Source: Octopus sinensis (Eukaryota). Taken from it: a DNA stretch of 64,000 nt. Shown here piece after piece: positions 1 through 13,219 of the stretch (position 1 is its first letter; every line of letters begins with the position of its first letter). The position numbers and the translations under genes were made by a program. The stretch is from positions 27,528,001-27,592,000 of the forward strand of contig NC_042998.1 in NCBI RefSeq assembly GCF_006345805.1. Direction: 5' to 3'. The notes under the pieces are model-generated. The model was not told the DNA's origin and did no database searches. It saw only the letters and a program-made list of their open reading frames with translations.

Positions 1-111
1 CTGGTCTGACAGGGTTAACACGTAAACACCACAGACCCAAAATAACACTCGTTAAACACAAGACACAAGCAACACAGTACATACACACATACTACATTTT
101 GAAGCATTCAT

Positions 112-183
<72 letters not shown>

Positions 184-617
184 CGGCAATTCACCATGTC
201 TCCCTTCACTCCGCTGTCTTCGAAAACCAAACTTAGCCTGCTCACTACGTCCGGTCAGACAACGGCTAACTATTTATAAAACCCAACACGGGTGGAACAC
301 TTACCTGAATATTTTCACTCGTCCTTTCCTTCTCCCTTCTCACTCTCCATAAATATTCTGAAAAAGGACAATATGTAAACCGAATGTACTCTTGTCAAGA
401 GTTCCGGATGAGCCTACTTCGTGAGAGGAAGCGCAGAGGAGGGCAATAACATCAAACTCCTTCACTTAACCGAATACCATTTATAAGAGGAGATTTCAAG
501 TATTGAAGGTACATCAAAGCTAAGGGCAGTGCCCCAGCATGGCCGTAGCTCTTGAGCTGAAACTAGTCAAAGAGTTAAAGGGAATTTTCTAATATAATTT
601 CGATTGTTTCTCTAATG

Positions 618-928
618 CAGTGGTTCCCAAAGTGGGCAGCACTGCCCCTCTGTGGGCGGTGGAAAGATCAAGGGAGGCGTTGAAGAAAAGTGGGGCAATA
701 ATAGGATGGTCAAAAGGGGGCGATAGATGTAACCCTCCCCCAAAGAAAAATAATGGGTTGATTAGATTAAGTTTTAATTGTGAAATACTGCTGTTTTTGA
801 ATTTGCTGCAGAGAGCGGTCTACGTTTGTGATGCTGGGAGTGTGTATGTGTGGGGAGGGGGCGTGCGGGGTAGGAATGTGGCTCGAGTGTCAAGGGGGCC
901 GCAGCTCGAAAAAGTTTGGGAACCACTG
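618..928. mobile_element. Non-autonomous hAT (Charlie-like) MITE
   Basis: TIRs CAGTGGTTCCCAAA / TTTGGGAACCACTG; perfect 8-bp TSD CTCTAATG at 610-617 and 929-936. Confidence 0.92.
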
Positions 929-1145
929 CTCTAATGGAACGTTGATGGTAAGTCTTTCTAGGTCTAGGGTGGAGATGATACTTTTTCTGTCTCTCTTTCT
1001 TCTAAGATGTCTATGGAGATGCCTCCAACCACGTGATACTACAATTCCCTGAAAAGTATTTCTTGAAGGTTTTTATATCTTTTTGGAATAGTAGGGGTCG
1101 GTTGGTAATGATTTGTATGTGTATTTCTACTGCACTGTATGTATA

Positions 1146-1459
1146 TGTGAAGGCGCGCGGCGGCTTAGTGGTTAGGGTATTCGGTTTCAGATCATGAGTT
1201 CGATTCCCGGCGACGTGTTGTGCCCTTGAGCAAGACACTCTATTTCACGTTGCTCCAGTCCACTCAGCTGGCAAAAATGAGTAGTACCTGTATTTCAAAG
1301 GGTCGGCCTTGTCACATTTTGTATTAAGCTGCATCTCCTACATTAAGGGTACACGTGTCTGTGGAGTGCTCAACCACTTGCATGTTAATTTCACGAGCGG
1401 ACTGTTCCATCGAACGGATCAACTGGAACACTCATTGTCGTAAGCGACGGAGTGCCAGC
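1146..1459 (+). mobile_element. tRNA-derived SINE, family C
   Basis: Head GGCTTAGTGGTTAG (A box) and GAGTTCGATTCCC (B box); body shared with copies at 5369-5570 and 48949-49238. Confidence 0.85.
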
Positions 1460-1483
1460 TATATATAGCCAGCTATATATATA

Positions 1484-1650
1484 GTGCAGAAGTTGCTGTG
1501 TGGTAAAAAAAAGCTTGCTATCCAGTCACATTGTTCCGAGTTCAGTCCCACTGCGTGGCACTTTGGCCAAGTGCCTTCTACTATAGCCTCGGGCTGACCA
1601 AAGCCTTGTGAGTGGATTTGGTTGACGGAAACTGAAAGAAGTCTGTCGCA
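1484..1650 (+). mobile_element. tRNA-derived SINE, family B (5' half)
   Basis: Matches the GCTGTGTGGTAAG...GTTCAGTCCCACTGCGTGGCAC...GGAAACTGAAAGAAG family, which recurs more than 15 times in the window. Confidence 0.85.
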
Positions 1651-1667
1651 TATATTACATATACTCT

Positions 1668-1978
1668 TTACTCTTTTACTCTTTTACTTGTTCCAGTCAT
1701 TTGACTGCTGCCATGCTGGAGCACCGCCTTTAGTCGAGCAAATCGACCCCGGGACTTATTCTTTGTAAGCCCAGTACTTATTCTATCGGTCTCTTTTGCC
1801 GAACCACTAAGTAACGGTGACGTAAACACTCCAGCGTCTACCAAATCCGCTCACAAGGCTTTGGTTGACCCGAGGCTATAGTAGAAGACACTTGCCCAAG
1901 ATGCCACGCAGTGGGACTGAACCCGGAACCATGTGGTTGGTAAGCAAGCTACTTACCACACAGCCACTCCTGCGCCTA
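1668..1978 (-). mobile_element. SINE family B, internally deleted
   Basis: Reverse complement of the family B tail joined to its head. Confidence 0.85.
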
Positions 1979-2372
1979 TATAATGTGTTATTTTCTAGTT
2001 GGTGTAATTTAATTGTTCATTTTGAATTGATAAAAGGTGTTTTTTTTCTAATTTTTATATATATATTATATTGTGTGAAATTTGATTTAGTTTTTCTAAA
2101 TTGATTTTTTTCCCTGTAAGTTAGGATTAATATCCCCTCAAATAATTATAATATATATATATGTGTGTGTGTCTGTGTTTGTCCCTCCAACATCGCTTGA
2201 CAACCGATGGTGGTGTGTTTACGTCACTGTAACTTAACGGTTCGGCAAAAGAGACCGATAGGATAAGTACTAGGCTTACAAAGAAAAAGTCTTGAGGTCG
2301 ATTTGTTCAACTAAAGGCGGTGCTCCTGCATGGCCGTAGTCAAATGACTGAAAAAAATAAAAGAATATGTAT

Positions 2373-2810
2373 ATACACAGGGTGGTCACAAAGCCACGCA
2401 TCATGGGAGATATCAGGTATGCTTTATTAGCAATGAAGTAGGTAATCCATTACAAATGTTCAAAGTGGTGGCCATGTAGCTCAAAACAAATGTTCATACG
2501 GAATTTGAAATTGCGATGAATCCTCTCAAATAGCTTTTCATTACCGTTGGCTTGTTCAGCAGCTTCAACAATTCTTTTGAAGATGTTCTTGGTCACGAAT
2601 CTTTTCAGAACACACAAGGGATTTAATGTAGCCCCAGAAGAAAAAAGTCCTCGAGAGTTAAATCTAGTGACCGTGGTGCCCATTCAATTGGCAAGGCAAC
2701 GCCTGAGCCATCTCCTTGGAAAATGTTCATTCAGAAAATCACGAACCTGCAATGCATAATGGAGCCCCATCCTGCTGAAATCAGACTTTATGGCCACCCT
2801 TTCGCCATGA
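2373..2810 (-). mobile_element. Tc1/mariner transposase C-terminal remnant
   Basis: Frameshifted WAPRSLDL...DFFL (WPPRSPDL-like) motif and C-terminus ...RNFKFRMNICFELHGHHFEHL in ORF 2450-2683. Confidence 0.75.
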
Positions 2811-2966
2811 TAGATCGGTAGCCACGACACACATTTTTTTCTCTCCTTGTTTCTTTTCTGTGGAAGAGCGTAGGCTCGAAACGTTAAAGACTTTCAATTC
2901 TCGAGCGTTATACTAATACATCTGTTTGTTTTATATATATATATATATATATCTAAAGAACATAAG

Positions 2967-3271
2967 AAAATAGAGAGATAATTATTTATTAATTAAAAAT
3001 TAGACATAATCTCTGACAGCTGTTTCAATTCCAGACCTTTAAAGATTAATTACCATAATTATAATAATACGGTTTGGAGCCGTATACTCAACAAGCAGGA
3101 ACACGAACAGCTAATTGTATATCTTTAGCAAACTTTGAGATTCGACTTTTAAATGGTTTTAATTATTATAATTATGGTAATTAATCTTTAAAGGTCTGGA
3201 ATCGAAACAGTTGTCAGTGATGATGTCTAATTTTTTAATTAATAAATAATTATTAATTATCTCTCTATTTT
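2967..3271. repeat. Local inverted repeat, arms 2967-3068 and 3162-3271
   Basis: Arms are near-exact reverse complements; each holds GAAACAG(C/T)TGTC, the 3' half of a hammerhead core. Confidence 0.9.
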
Positions 3272-3413
3272 TGTTTTTATTCTTAAAATATTTACAAACT
3301 ACGTTTTATCTAGTTACCTTACAGGTGAATTGTAATATTCAACACTTTTTAAATAGGTAACTAACTAGTGTTTTCTTTGGATTTATTTATCCCTTATTAA
3401 GGTTTTTAACCTT

Positions 3414-3516
<103 letters not shown>

Positions 3517-3577
3517 CAGGGGTGGATTATTCGATGTGAGAGAAGTAAGAGCATCCTGTCTCTAGGGTTTATCGCTG

Positions 3578-3975
3578 TCAATACTTTTTGATTTGAATCG
3601 GGCGGTATTTCGTCTGCCGCTACGTTCTGAGTTCAAATTCCGCCGAGGTCGACTTTGCTTTTCATCCTTTCGGGGTCGATTAAATAAGTACCAGTTACGT
3701 ACTGGGGTCGATAAAATCGACTTAATTCGTTTGTCTGTCCTTGTTTGTCCTCTCTGTGTTTAGCCCCTTGTGGGTAGTAAAGAAATAGGTATTTCGTCTG
3801 CCGTTACGTTCTGAGTTCAAATTCCGCCGAGGTTGACTTTGCCTTTCATCCTTTCGGGGTCGATAAATTAAGTACCAGTTACGCACTGGGGTCGATGTAA
3901 TCGACTTAATCTCTTTGTCTATCCTTGTTTGTCCCCCTCTATGTTTAGCCCCTTGTGGGTAGTAAAGAAATAAGA
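3578..3975 (+). mobile_element. tRNA-derived SINE, family A, two tandem bodies
   Basis: GTTCTGAGTTCAAATTCCGCCGAGGTCGAC body present twice, joined at AAATAGGTATTTCG. Confidence 0.88.
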
Positions 3976-4809
3976 ATCGTTAGCACGTGGATAAAATGCT
4001 TTGCTTAGCAAGCTTGTTGATTTTTGCAATGCATTTATCTCTATCCATGACTAAGGACATATTGTTTTTGTCTCTCTTGCATACTGTTATGTGGCGAACA
4101 TGTTTTTTGTCGACTTCATCTTGTTTGAGTCTCTCGTCGAGTACTTTGGCAATTCCTTTGCGGTTATCATTACATTCGCCGCGAATTAAGTTCTGAAGTT
4201 CATCATCAATGTTTATAATGTTCTTATTCCTCGGATTTACTGGCTTTTGCTATGTATAATAGTTTATTTTTCAACTTTTCTTTCCTGGCTTTGGTCGTAT
4301 TTCGGTTGCAAATGAAGTCGATGCCGTGTTTGATAAGCGTGATTTAATCGATGTTGCGATAAGTTAATAAATTTATCTTCTTGCGTGGGTAACATGATTT
4401 TCTTTGCGTATAGTTTACTTAATTTATTTATATTCCCTGGAGAGTGTTGTCTGTATATTATCTAAAGATGCGTATATATTGGTTAATAAATGTTTCTACC
4501 TTACTGATTTATCTCTTTTCTTTCACTACTATATCATTTTGGCCTCTACATTTTCTATAGCTTGGGTTGTTCTGCGTATTTCTTTTTCAATCAATTTCAT
4601 CCGGAATTCTGTTGTATATTTTTCGATATTTTTTTTAGCTATTTTATCGTGTAGTTTATATTTGTACATATGAGGAACAGCATCGCTTTTAGACATGATA
4701 TATTGAAGACACGACTATGTTCTAATTTGATCGTTTCTATTTGGGCTCTTTTCATATTTGGCTATTTGGCACCAACAGTTCGTTTTTCGTCTATTTTTTA
4801 AAATTATAT

Positions 4810-5013
4810 TTTACTTATTTGGATCATTAGACTGCGGCCATGCTACAGCACCGCTTTGAGGCATTTTTAGTTCGAATGAATTGACTCCCTTTCTTTTTTT
4901 TCTTTTAAGCCTGGTACTTATTTTATCGATCTCTTTTGCCGAACCGCTAGGCTACGGGGGAAATAAGCACACCAACGCTTGTCAAGCGGTGACACACACA
5001 CACACACACACAC

Positions 5014-5044
<31 letters not shown>

Positions 5045-5112
5045 CAAGCTTCTTTCAGTTTCCGTCAGCCCAATCCACTCACAAGGGAAGCAAACTTCAT
5101 ACTACACAGCCA
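4810..5112 (-). mobile_element. SINE family B
   Basis: Tail, internal (CA)n tract and partial head in reverse orientation. Confidence 0.8.
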
Positions 5113-5368
5113 CCGCCTCCGAAGAAAATAATGTTCCTAACCCTCCTTTATCAAAGTGTCCAGGGTATCTCAGCACCATTTTCAGGGTATGTAGTGGCGT
5201 TGACCTCTGTACTTCCCCTTTTAAATATTCCCCCAAGACTTTGACCATTAGAGCGTTAGTGTTTTATGTCATCAGATTTGTATTTCACGTCATTAGATTT
5301 GTATTTCACGTCATCAGATTTGTATTTTGGTTGAGACAGGTTTGTCTTGTGTGTATGTTTATGTTAAT

Positions 5369-5570
5369 TGTGAAGGTGCGTAGCTTAGTGGTTAGGGTAT
5401 TCAGCTCAAGATCGAGAATTGTAAGTTCGGTTCTCGGCGGTGCATTGTGCCTTTAAGTAAGACACTTTATTTCACGTTGCTCCACTCCACTCAGCTAGAA
5501 AAAATGAGTTGCACCTATAAACCAAAGGGCCAGCCCTGTCACATTCTTGATCATGTTGAATCTCCCTGAA
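5369..5570 (+). mobile_element. SINE family C
   Basis: Homologous to 1146-1459. Confidence 0.8.
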
Positions 5571-6029
5571 TATAACCGACTGAATATAACAATGCCTTTT
5601 GATAGACTCGTCCGTTCCGAGCAGTTTTATATCTGAACTGATATGACTCATAGCGTTTTTGGTTTTGACTTTTAGAATTGCTCATTCTGGTTTAAGTACT
5701 AGGTCTAATCCCCTTGAATATATTACTGGAATTAAGTTCAAATTCCGCCGAGGTCGACTTTGCCTTTCATCCTTTCGGGGTCGATAATTTAAGTAATAGT
5801 TGCGTACTGGGGTCGATTTGATCGACTGGTTCCCTTTCTTCAAAATTTCGGGCCTTGAGCCTAGAGTAGGAAAGAATATTTAAATAGAACAGCAGTCAGT
5901 CGGCTTGCCTGATATATGGAGAGAATAACTATCTGCCACACAACCGTCCATTGTCCGTAGCTTGTCTGCCCTTAGGCTTTAATCGAAATATGGCGGGCAG
6001 CTTTTGCTATTCGGGTTTGGCCTTATTTT

Positions 6030-7441
6030 TAGAGGGAAAAGTATATGAAATTCGGTTTAGAAAAATACGTCATAGTTTACCTTGAAGTGTAATAATATTT
6101 AATGAAACTCAGTCACACTATGTTAGATAAAAAGAGTGAGATAACAGAATTAGATCAAAGTTTGAGTTAATATCTTTTAAGAATTAATGAACAAGACAGA
6201 GTGCAACATCAAATATGAAAGGAAAGATTATATATATTAGATTAATAATCAAAACTGAACGAAATAGTAAAAATACGCTGGTCTAGTATTAAGTGACTTG
6301 TATATTCTCGGCAGGAAATTAACTGACTTAGCAATACTAGATAGGAGGAAAATAAAAAAAAAGTTAGTCTTTAGAATATACCGAAGCTGACATAGAGAGA
6401 TTACATTTCCTTATCCATGACAAGGATTGTAATTTTCTGCAAGTAAATATATAAAATATTTACGGTAGGTCTACGATAATATTTCGTAAGGAATAAAAAG
6501 AAACTAATGTAAATAGTAAAAAAGAAATAAAAAAAGCATAAATATAATCAAAGAAAATATTCTTCCTTTTATAACGGGAGCCAATAAATGTAAGGCTGAA
6601 GCAAATGACATCTGGAAATATGATGGAGAGATAGTTATAGAAACTTGAAAAAACTAAATCTCTCTTAAGTTGTCTGTGTATGGCAGGTTTGGTAGCCTTC
6701 AACTAACACTATCTCCTCCGAGACCCTGCGGCGCAAATTGACCAAAATTGAGAGTATGATAGAAGAAGGCTTGCTCTTCATTTCGTAGGAGAAAAAAATT
6801 CAAATCGGACCATGTTAACACCAAAAATTATTTACACAAAAAAGGTGCTTTTTTTTCTATAAAATCCCTATTTTTTACGATTATTTGACTGCTGTATCGC
6901 CATTTTTCGGTGTATTTCAACCAGAAAAAATGTTCACTTAAAGGGAATAACAAGCTCTCGTACATAATGCAAAATTTTTACTTTTCAAAAGTTCCAATTG
7001 TAAAGGGTCGAAACAAACCCGAGCAACGCCGGGCGATACTGCTAGTTTAGTAATAAATGTAAAGAAAACGTCATGATAAAACGTTGACAAGTATATCTCA
7101 CACGAGGGGGCGCTGAATAGTTTCTGATTTTAAGGGTGTCGCGAAAGGCCTGGCTGGAGGCCCGACCTTCAGAGTTCTTTTACAAGGTTTAGAAAAACTG
7201 ACGGACCGCTGCAATAAATGTGTAAATCTGAGAAGGAGAATATGTTGAATAAAAACCTTAATTAAGTGTTCTTCATGTATTTTATCTAAAGCCAGCACCC
7301 TTACGCATATGGCTAATATCAAACAAGACTGAATAAAACTATGGTGAAGCGATCCAGAATTGAAATAGAGATGGAAGAATTTTGATCATAACTCAGGATC
7401 AAAGCCTTTTCATTAGGTCCTACTAAACACATTTAATGAGA

Positions 7442-7500
<59 letters not shown>

Positions 7501-7950
7501 AAGAAAGAGAAGGAGAGAGAATAAAAATAACTGAACTGTGTATAGCGTGTGAAGGAAGCCCTCTGTTACTGAGTTTCACCTGATTCAGTTCTTGCCAAAA
7601 TGAGAAAAGTAAAAATCCTATCATAGATATAGGTTGCATAGAATGGAACATAAATCTGCATTATGCCATAATGTATACCTTCCCTACAAAAATAACTAAA
7701 AATAGAAAAAGATCGTAGAAACGCAACACGCAGTATATTAATCTTTGGAAATGACGAAGAGACCAACAGCGACCAATTGATTCAGACAATAACAGGATTA
7801 AGGCAATTTGCTTAGAAATTATTGTCAAAGACGGTAATTCTCTTTGGCGTATGAGTTTCAATAGATAAGCATGTGTCTCTGGAAAATTTTTTTTAGAAAA
7901 TGTCGAAAATACAGTCATACAAATACTGTAATATGTGCAGAAAACCAAAC
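6030..7950 (+). mobile_element. Decayed Dong/R4-clade LINE, 3' half, interrupted by insertions
   Basis: Degenerate MKFGLEK..., TE.NSKN, ITQDQSL and RLE-region pieces in the expected order; many stops and frameshifts. Confidence 0.55.
6659..7045 (+). mobile_element. Non-autonomous Helitron-type element
   Basis: Starts TC after A; ends with hairpin CCCGAGCAACGCCGGG then CTAG before T; no TSD; second copy at 54683-55079. Confidence 0.85.
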
Positions 7951-8554
7951 AGAGAGGACTATCTATTCGTGTATGATAGATCGTTAGCCACTACACACAT
8001 TTTTTTCTCTCCTTGTTTTTTCTGTGTCCCTTTCTGTAGAAGAGCCTAGGCTCGAAACGTAAAAGATTTTTTCTATTCCTGAGCGTTATACTAATACATC
8101 TGTTTGATTTATACACCACCTGTCTTCGTCTTTTGTTTTTTTCGTAAACTCTCCCTATATATATTGTTTATGAATTTATGTGTGTATACGTGTGCGCATG
8201 TATGTGCATGTGTGTGTGTCTGTCTGTCTCTCTTTCTCTTTTTCTCTGTATGAGTGTGTGTGTATGAATGTATTTGTTCAAAGCCGATGGCGTCCTTCGG
8301 ACGCAATTCCCATTTTTGAGAATAGTGACAATCAAAGCATAAGAGATCGAATACAGCAAAAAAACTCCAAAAACAAAAACAAAAAAACCCCGAAAATCAT
8401 GCCCCCCCCCTACGATTATGCCTACACTGCAAAGGATAAAAAGAGATGAGACAAATATATCGCCTAACTCTCTTTGAGATTCTATTCCATGAAGAATATG
8501 TTACGACTAAGATTTGCTTACGTATTACATACAATTCTTTTAATAGATCTTATC

Positions 8555-8764
8555 TTTTATCTCTTACTTGTTTCATTCATTAGACTGCAACCTTGCTGGG
8601 GCACCGCCTTGGAGAACCTTTTTTTAATGGAATGAATCAACCTTATTACTTTTTCCTTTTAAAGCTTGGTGCTTATTCTATCGGTTACTTTTGTCGAACC
8701 GCTAAGTTACCGGAAGGTAAATACACTAACAACGATTGTCAAGTTTTGGTGGGGGACAAATATA

Positions 8765-8823
<59 letters not shown>

Positions 8824-8960
8824 ACACAACGGACTTCTTTCGATCTCCGCCTGCAAAATCCATTCAAGGTTTTGGTCGGTTCGATGCTGTAGTAGAAGAC
8901 ACTTGTCCAAAATACTACGCAGTGGGATTGAACCCAGAACCATGTGGTTGGGAAGCAAGC
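8555..8960 (-). mobile_element. SINE family B
   Basis: Tail, (CA)n tract and head in reverse orientation. Confidence 0.82.
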
Positions 8961-9205
8961 ACAGGAGAAACAAATGGAAAATTCTCCAACTTTGCGAGAT
9001 CATCTACTGAAACCCCTAAGAAGTTCTTCTTTTCAAAAAATCACTGCTATGAGAACGGACCTTATTTTCAGTATGTTATAGCTAACAGGTATAGCTTCAG
9101 CTGTTGATTAATTCTGGGAATGATTAAGCATAAAGCCAACAAGTATGAATATTAGTTGGAATAAATTATAGATAACTTCAGACACTTAGCAAAATAAAGG
9201 AACAT

Positions 9206-9598
9206 AGGCGCAGGATTGGCTGTGTGGTAAGTAGCTTGCTTACCAACCACATGGTTCATTCCCACTGCGTGACACCTTGGGCAAGTGTCTTCTACTATAG
9301 CCTCGGGCCGACCAAAGCCTTGTGAGTTGATTTGGTAGACGGAAACTGAAAGAAGCCCGTCTTATATATGTATATATATGTTTGTGTGTGTATATGTTTG
9401 TGTGTCTGTGTTTGTTCCCGCCCCGCAACATCGCTTGACAACCAATGCTGGTGTGTTTACGTCCCCGTAACTTAGCGGTTCGGCAAAAGAGACGGATAGA
9501 ATAAGTACTAGGCTTCCAAAGAATTAAGTCCTGGGGTCGATTTACTCGACTAAATGCGGTGCTCCAGCATGGCCGCAGTCAAATGACTGAAACAAGTA

Positions 9599-9600
<2 letters not shown>
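9206..9600 (+). mobile_element. SINE family B, near full length
   Basis: GGCGCAGGATTGGCTGTGTGGTAAG head through AATGACTGAAACAAGTAAG tail. Confidence 0.9.
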
Positions 9601-9652
<52 letters not shown>

Positions 9653-9879
9653 GCGTCTCTTGAAACACATGCTTGATATAAACAGATGGAATAATTTTAA
9701 GAACTTGAAAAACTTACTTAAGTGCTCGTTCAAAATGCCGCAAAGAATGGAGAGAAACAAAAATAAATAAATCCTATTGAAGCTAATAGACATAAATTTT
9801 ATATTACGAAACTTTCGTGAACTAGTTTAACTGTTTGTAAAACATGACAGTGTAAAGAACTCTGTAGATGTTGTACAGC

Positions 9880-10150
9880 GTACCTCATTTCAAAGGAAAC
9901 CACAGGTGTCAATGCTCTCAAACCGTTTTTAGAATGGCATAATCAAGTCTGGTTACTTATGTAAGAAAACCAATTTCAATGAAATCAAAGCAGTGACAAT
10001 GTATTAATTTCTTGCGGATGAAACTCCAGACATTTTCTTACACTGAACCGTCTTCTATGTGCACAGTTATGTGGTTGATGACGAACAAAAAAGAGTGTTT
10101 CATTGAAATGTGTGGTGGAGAGTCTACAACTGGTGAGGAGCTAGGGGCGG
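9880..10150 (+). mobile_element. hAT transposase fragment (DUF4371/Tip100-like region)
   Basis: Frameshifted FLADETPD.S.TEPSSMC.V resembling hAT FSILADETTDIS..EQLSI.VRYV. Confidence 0.5.
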
Positions 10151-10169
10151 AACAGGTCCTGTCTCTCTT

Positions 10170-10525
10170 TTTTTATTTCTTTATTGCCCACAATGGGTTA
10201 AACATAGAAGGGTCAAACAAGGACACACAAAGGGATTAAGTCGATTACATCGACCCCAGTGCGTAACTGGTACTTAATTTATCGACACCGAAAGGATGAA
10301 AGGCAAAGCCGACCTCGGCGGAATTTGAACTCAGAACATAGTGGCAGACGAAATACCTATTTCTTTACTACCCGCAAGGGGCTAAACACAGAGGGGACAA
10401 ACAAGGACAGACAAAGGGATTAAGTCGATTATATCGACCCCAGTGCGTAACTGGTACTTATTTAATCGACCCCGAAAGGATGAAAGGCAAAGTTGACCTT
10501 GGCAGAATTTGAACTCAGAACGTAG
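10170..10525 (-). mobile_element. SINE family A, two tandem bodies
   Basis: Reverse complement of the family A body, present twice. Confidence 0.88.
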
Positions 10526-10544
10526 CGGCATTATATACCTATAA

Positions 10545-10880
10545 TTATTGGGGCCTTCTGAAAACCAGAAAGGAGAAAGCTAATTCGAAGACTACAGATC
10601 TAATCCATCACTGGAACTATAAAAATCTAAAACTTGCCAGAAGTTTATCATTTAAATATATGAGCATGTCTAGGTATGCAACTATATGCATGAGAATACA
10701 TACATAAAACATACAAATCTGCACATACATAAAACATACATACATACATACATACATACATACATACAAACAAAAATACCCTGTTGTTAATGTTGAAATT
10801 CCAGTGAAGGAGCCTTGGATCTAGGTTAGAAACCAGTTCTTTCTCTATTGCCAATAAATCTTGAAATAAGCTGAATAATG
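10545..10880 (+). mobile_element. 3' end of Dong/R4-like LINE
   Basis: Homologous to 61696-62080, which is contiguous with recognisable CCHC/RLE coding sequence; (TACA)n embedded. Confidence 0.65.
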
Positions 10881-11409
10881 ATATAAATAGATCGATAGAT
10901 AGACAGACTGACAAACAGATAGCTAGATACATTAACATATACACATATGCACATGCGTGTGTATGGCTAAGTGTGTGTCTGTGTTTATTTTCACACCGAT
11001 CTCAAAGCCAATTGTGTGTTCCTATGCCCCAAAGTTTAGGGGTTTGCCAAAGAGGAATCGATAAAATAAGTGCCAGGCTGGAATAATAGTTATGACCATT
11101 GTTATTAAGTAAACCCTTCAAGATGGTACCCAAGCACGGCATCAATCCAATGATAGAAACCAGTCGAAGAGAAAGGAGGATAATCGGGGGAAAATGTTAT
11201 TTTACTTAGAAATGTCGCTGAATTATTCTTCAGATATTGTTAGCCATACCAAGGTTTCTGAAAAAACTTCATTGGAGATGAAGGCAATTTCTGATTATTT
11301 ATAAAAAGCAGTGTGCGATAATATCATTTTACATGGTAGCGAATTGGTTTAAGTATTATCAAATCATTACTAAACGGCATTGTATATTCTGTCCGTCCGT
11401 CTATCCCCC

Positions 11410-11446
<37 letters not shown>

Positions 11447-11473
11447 TCTCTCTCTCTCTCTCTCACTCTCTCG

Positions 11474-11512
<39 letters not shown>

Positions 11513-11530
11513 AAATAAATACAGATAAAA

Positions 11531-11627
11531 TTTACGACAGCTGTTTCGGTAGAATTTTATTTATTTATTTATTTAATGCAGTCAAAAAGATTATCTGATG
11601 ATATCTAACCCACCGTCATCAGGTAAA
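11531..11627 (-). ncRNA. Type I hammerhead ribozyme motif with one extra nt after A9
   Basis: Minus strand: TTTAC-CTGATGA-C-GGTGG...CTACC-GAAA-CAGCTG-TC-GTAAA; palindromic stem III. Confidence 0.6.
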
Positions 11628-11699
11628 ATCTTAAACAGGTAAGAGTTTAAGCATCGTCCTGGACATAATCAACATTCGTTAGACCAGTCAGTATATATA

Positions 11700-12790
11700 C
11701 ACATTGGCTAAATTTGACAGTTTGCGTAAAAGGAAAAGAAAACACAGTATTCCATCCAAAAATCCAAAAATTTCGATTTGGATATGGGTAGCAGTTTATT
11801 CGAAATAGACGCCGTCAGCTTCTACCATCGCCTCAAGTCGGCTCCGGAACTTGGCGTATGTTTTCTTGACTGTTTCAGTGAAGATCTTCAAATATCTCCT
11901 TGATATTGGCCTCCAGCTCGGCTTTGGTGTTGCAGGCAGAACTGTTGGTGTCTTTCTCAACTTCGACGCACAGGCATTGTAAACTATGGGATTAAAATCG
12001 GAGGAATTAGGAGGCTAGAAATTGTAACTTATTTCTTTATTGCCAACAAGGGGCTAAACATAGAGGGGACAGACAAGGATAGACAAAGGAATTAAGACGA
12101 TTACATCGACCCCAGTGCGCAACTGGTACTTAATTTATCGACCCCGAAAGGATAGAAGGCGAAGTCAACCTCAGCGGAATTTGAACTCAGAACGTAACGA
12201 CAGACGAAATACCTATTTCTTTACTACCCACAAAGGGGATAAACCCAGTGAGGACAAACAAGGACAGACAAATGAATTAAGTCGATTATATGGACCCCAG
12301 TGCGTAACTGGTACCTATTTAATCGACCCCGAAAGGATGAAAGGCAAAGTCGACCTCGGCGGAATTTGAACTCAGAACGTAAACGGCTGACGAAATACCG
12401 CTAAGCATTTCGCCCGGCGTGCTTAACGTTTCTGCCAGCTCGCCGCCCTATTTTTTTTCTCAGACAGAAAAAAATATTGGCTTGTAAAGACAAGGAATGT
12501 CTTCATAGAAGGCTAGAAATTGTAACTGCTGAAAGCAACCGCTTATGGCTCTTTCCAGTGACATGGTAAGGAATCAAATCCTGCTGCCACACATATGGCC
12601 TTCTAACTACAATTCTCTCCGGCCAGGGATTGATCACAGTATCCAGCAGCTTCACAGAGCTGCTGTCTGAATTGAGCCTAACGTCCTGTTTCAAAGATAT
12701 GAGGCGGCACTGCAGACACACCCAAAGACCATCACAATTTGAAGGCACTTGGTTTTGATGATGTCCATGTTACGTTTTACAACCTTTGCA
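11700..12790 (-). mobile_element. Tc1-like transposase remnant split by a SINE
   Basis: RPYVWQQD (ORF 12503-12748) and WPPNSSDFNP motifs; inserted block flanked by the direct repeat AGGCTAGAAATTGTAACT at about 12013 and 12511. Confidence 0.8.
12031..12447 (-). mobile_element. SINE family A with head, two tandem bodies
   Basis: GGCGGCGAGCTGGCAGAAACGTTAAGCACG head on the minus strand plus two bodies. Confidence 0.9.
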
Positions 12791-13011
12791 GTGTTCACAG
12801 AGCATTGAGCAAGCAGTCATGATGTCGGAATTTTGATAACTTTAATCTTAATGCTCTCCAACGCCGTTGACTATTCACCAGTACATCAAGCTGCTCTTGA
12901 AAATGGAGACAAAAAATATCGTCAAATTTATCCCGAACACCTTGTGTGTGTGTGTGTGTGTGTATGTGTGTGTGTGTGTGTGTGTGTGCGTGTGTGCGTG
13001 CGTGTGTGTGT

Positions 13012-13043
<32 letters not shown>

Positions 13044-13178
13044 AATACAGTGTACATTTAAACACATTAACAGGTTTCCATCATAGGAATCCTTTACGCT
13101 AGAAAGAACGGCTAAAGTCCAAACCAGTGGCTTGGACTTTAATATACAGTATATACCTAATATGTGTGTGTACATATA

Positions 13179-13219
<41 letters not shown>

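Noticed and set aside
5268-5328. Three 21-bp repeats containing both CTGATGA and GAAA on the minus strand
   Set aside because: No stem I, II or III can be formed. No spacers, so not CRISPR-like either.
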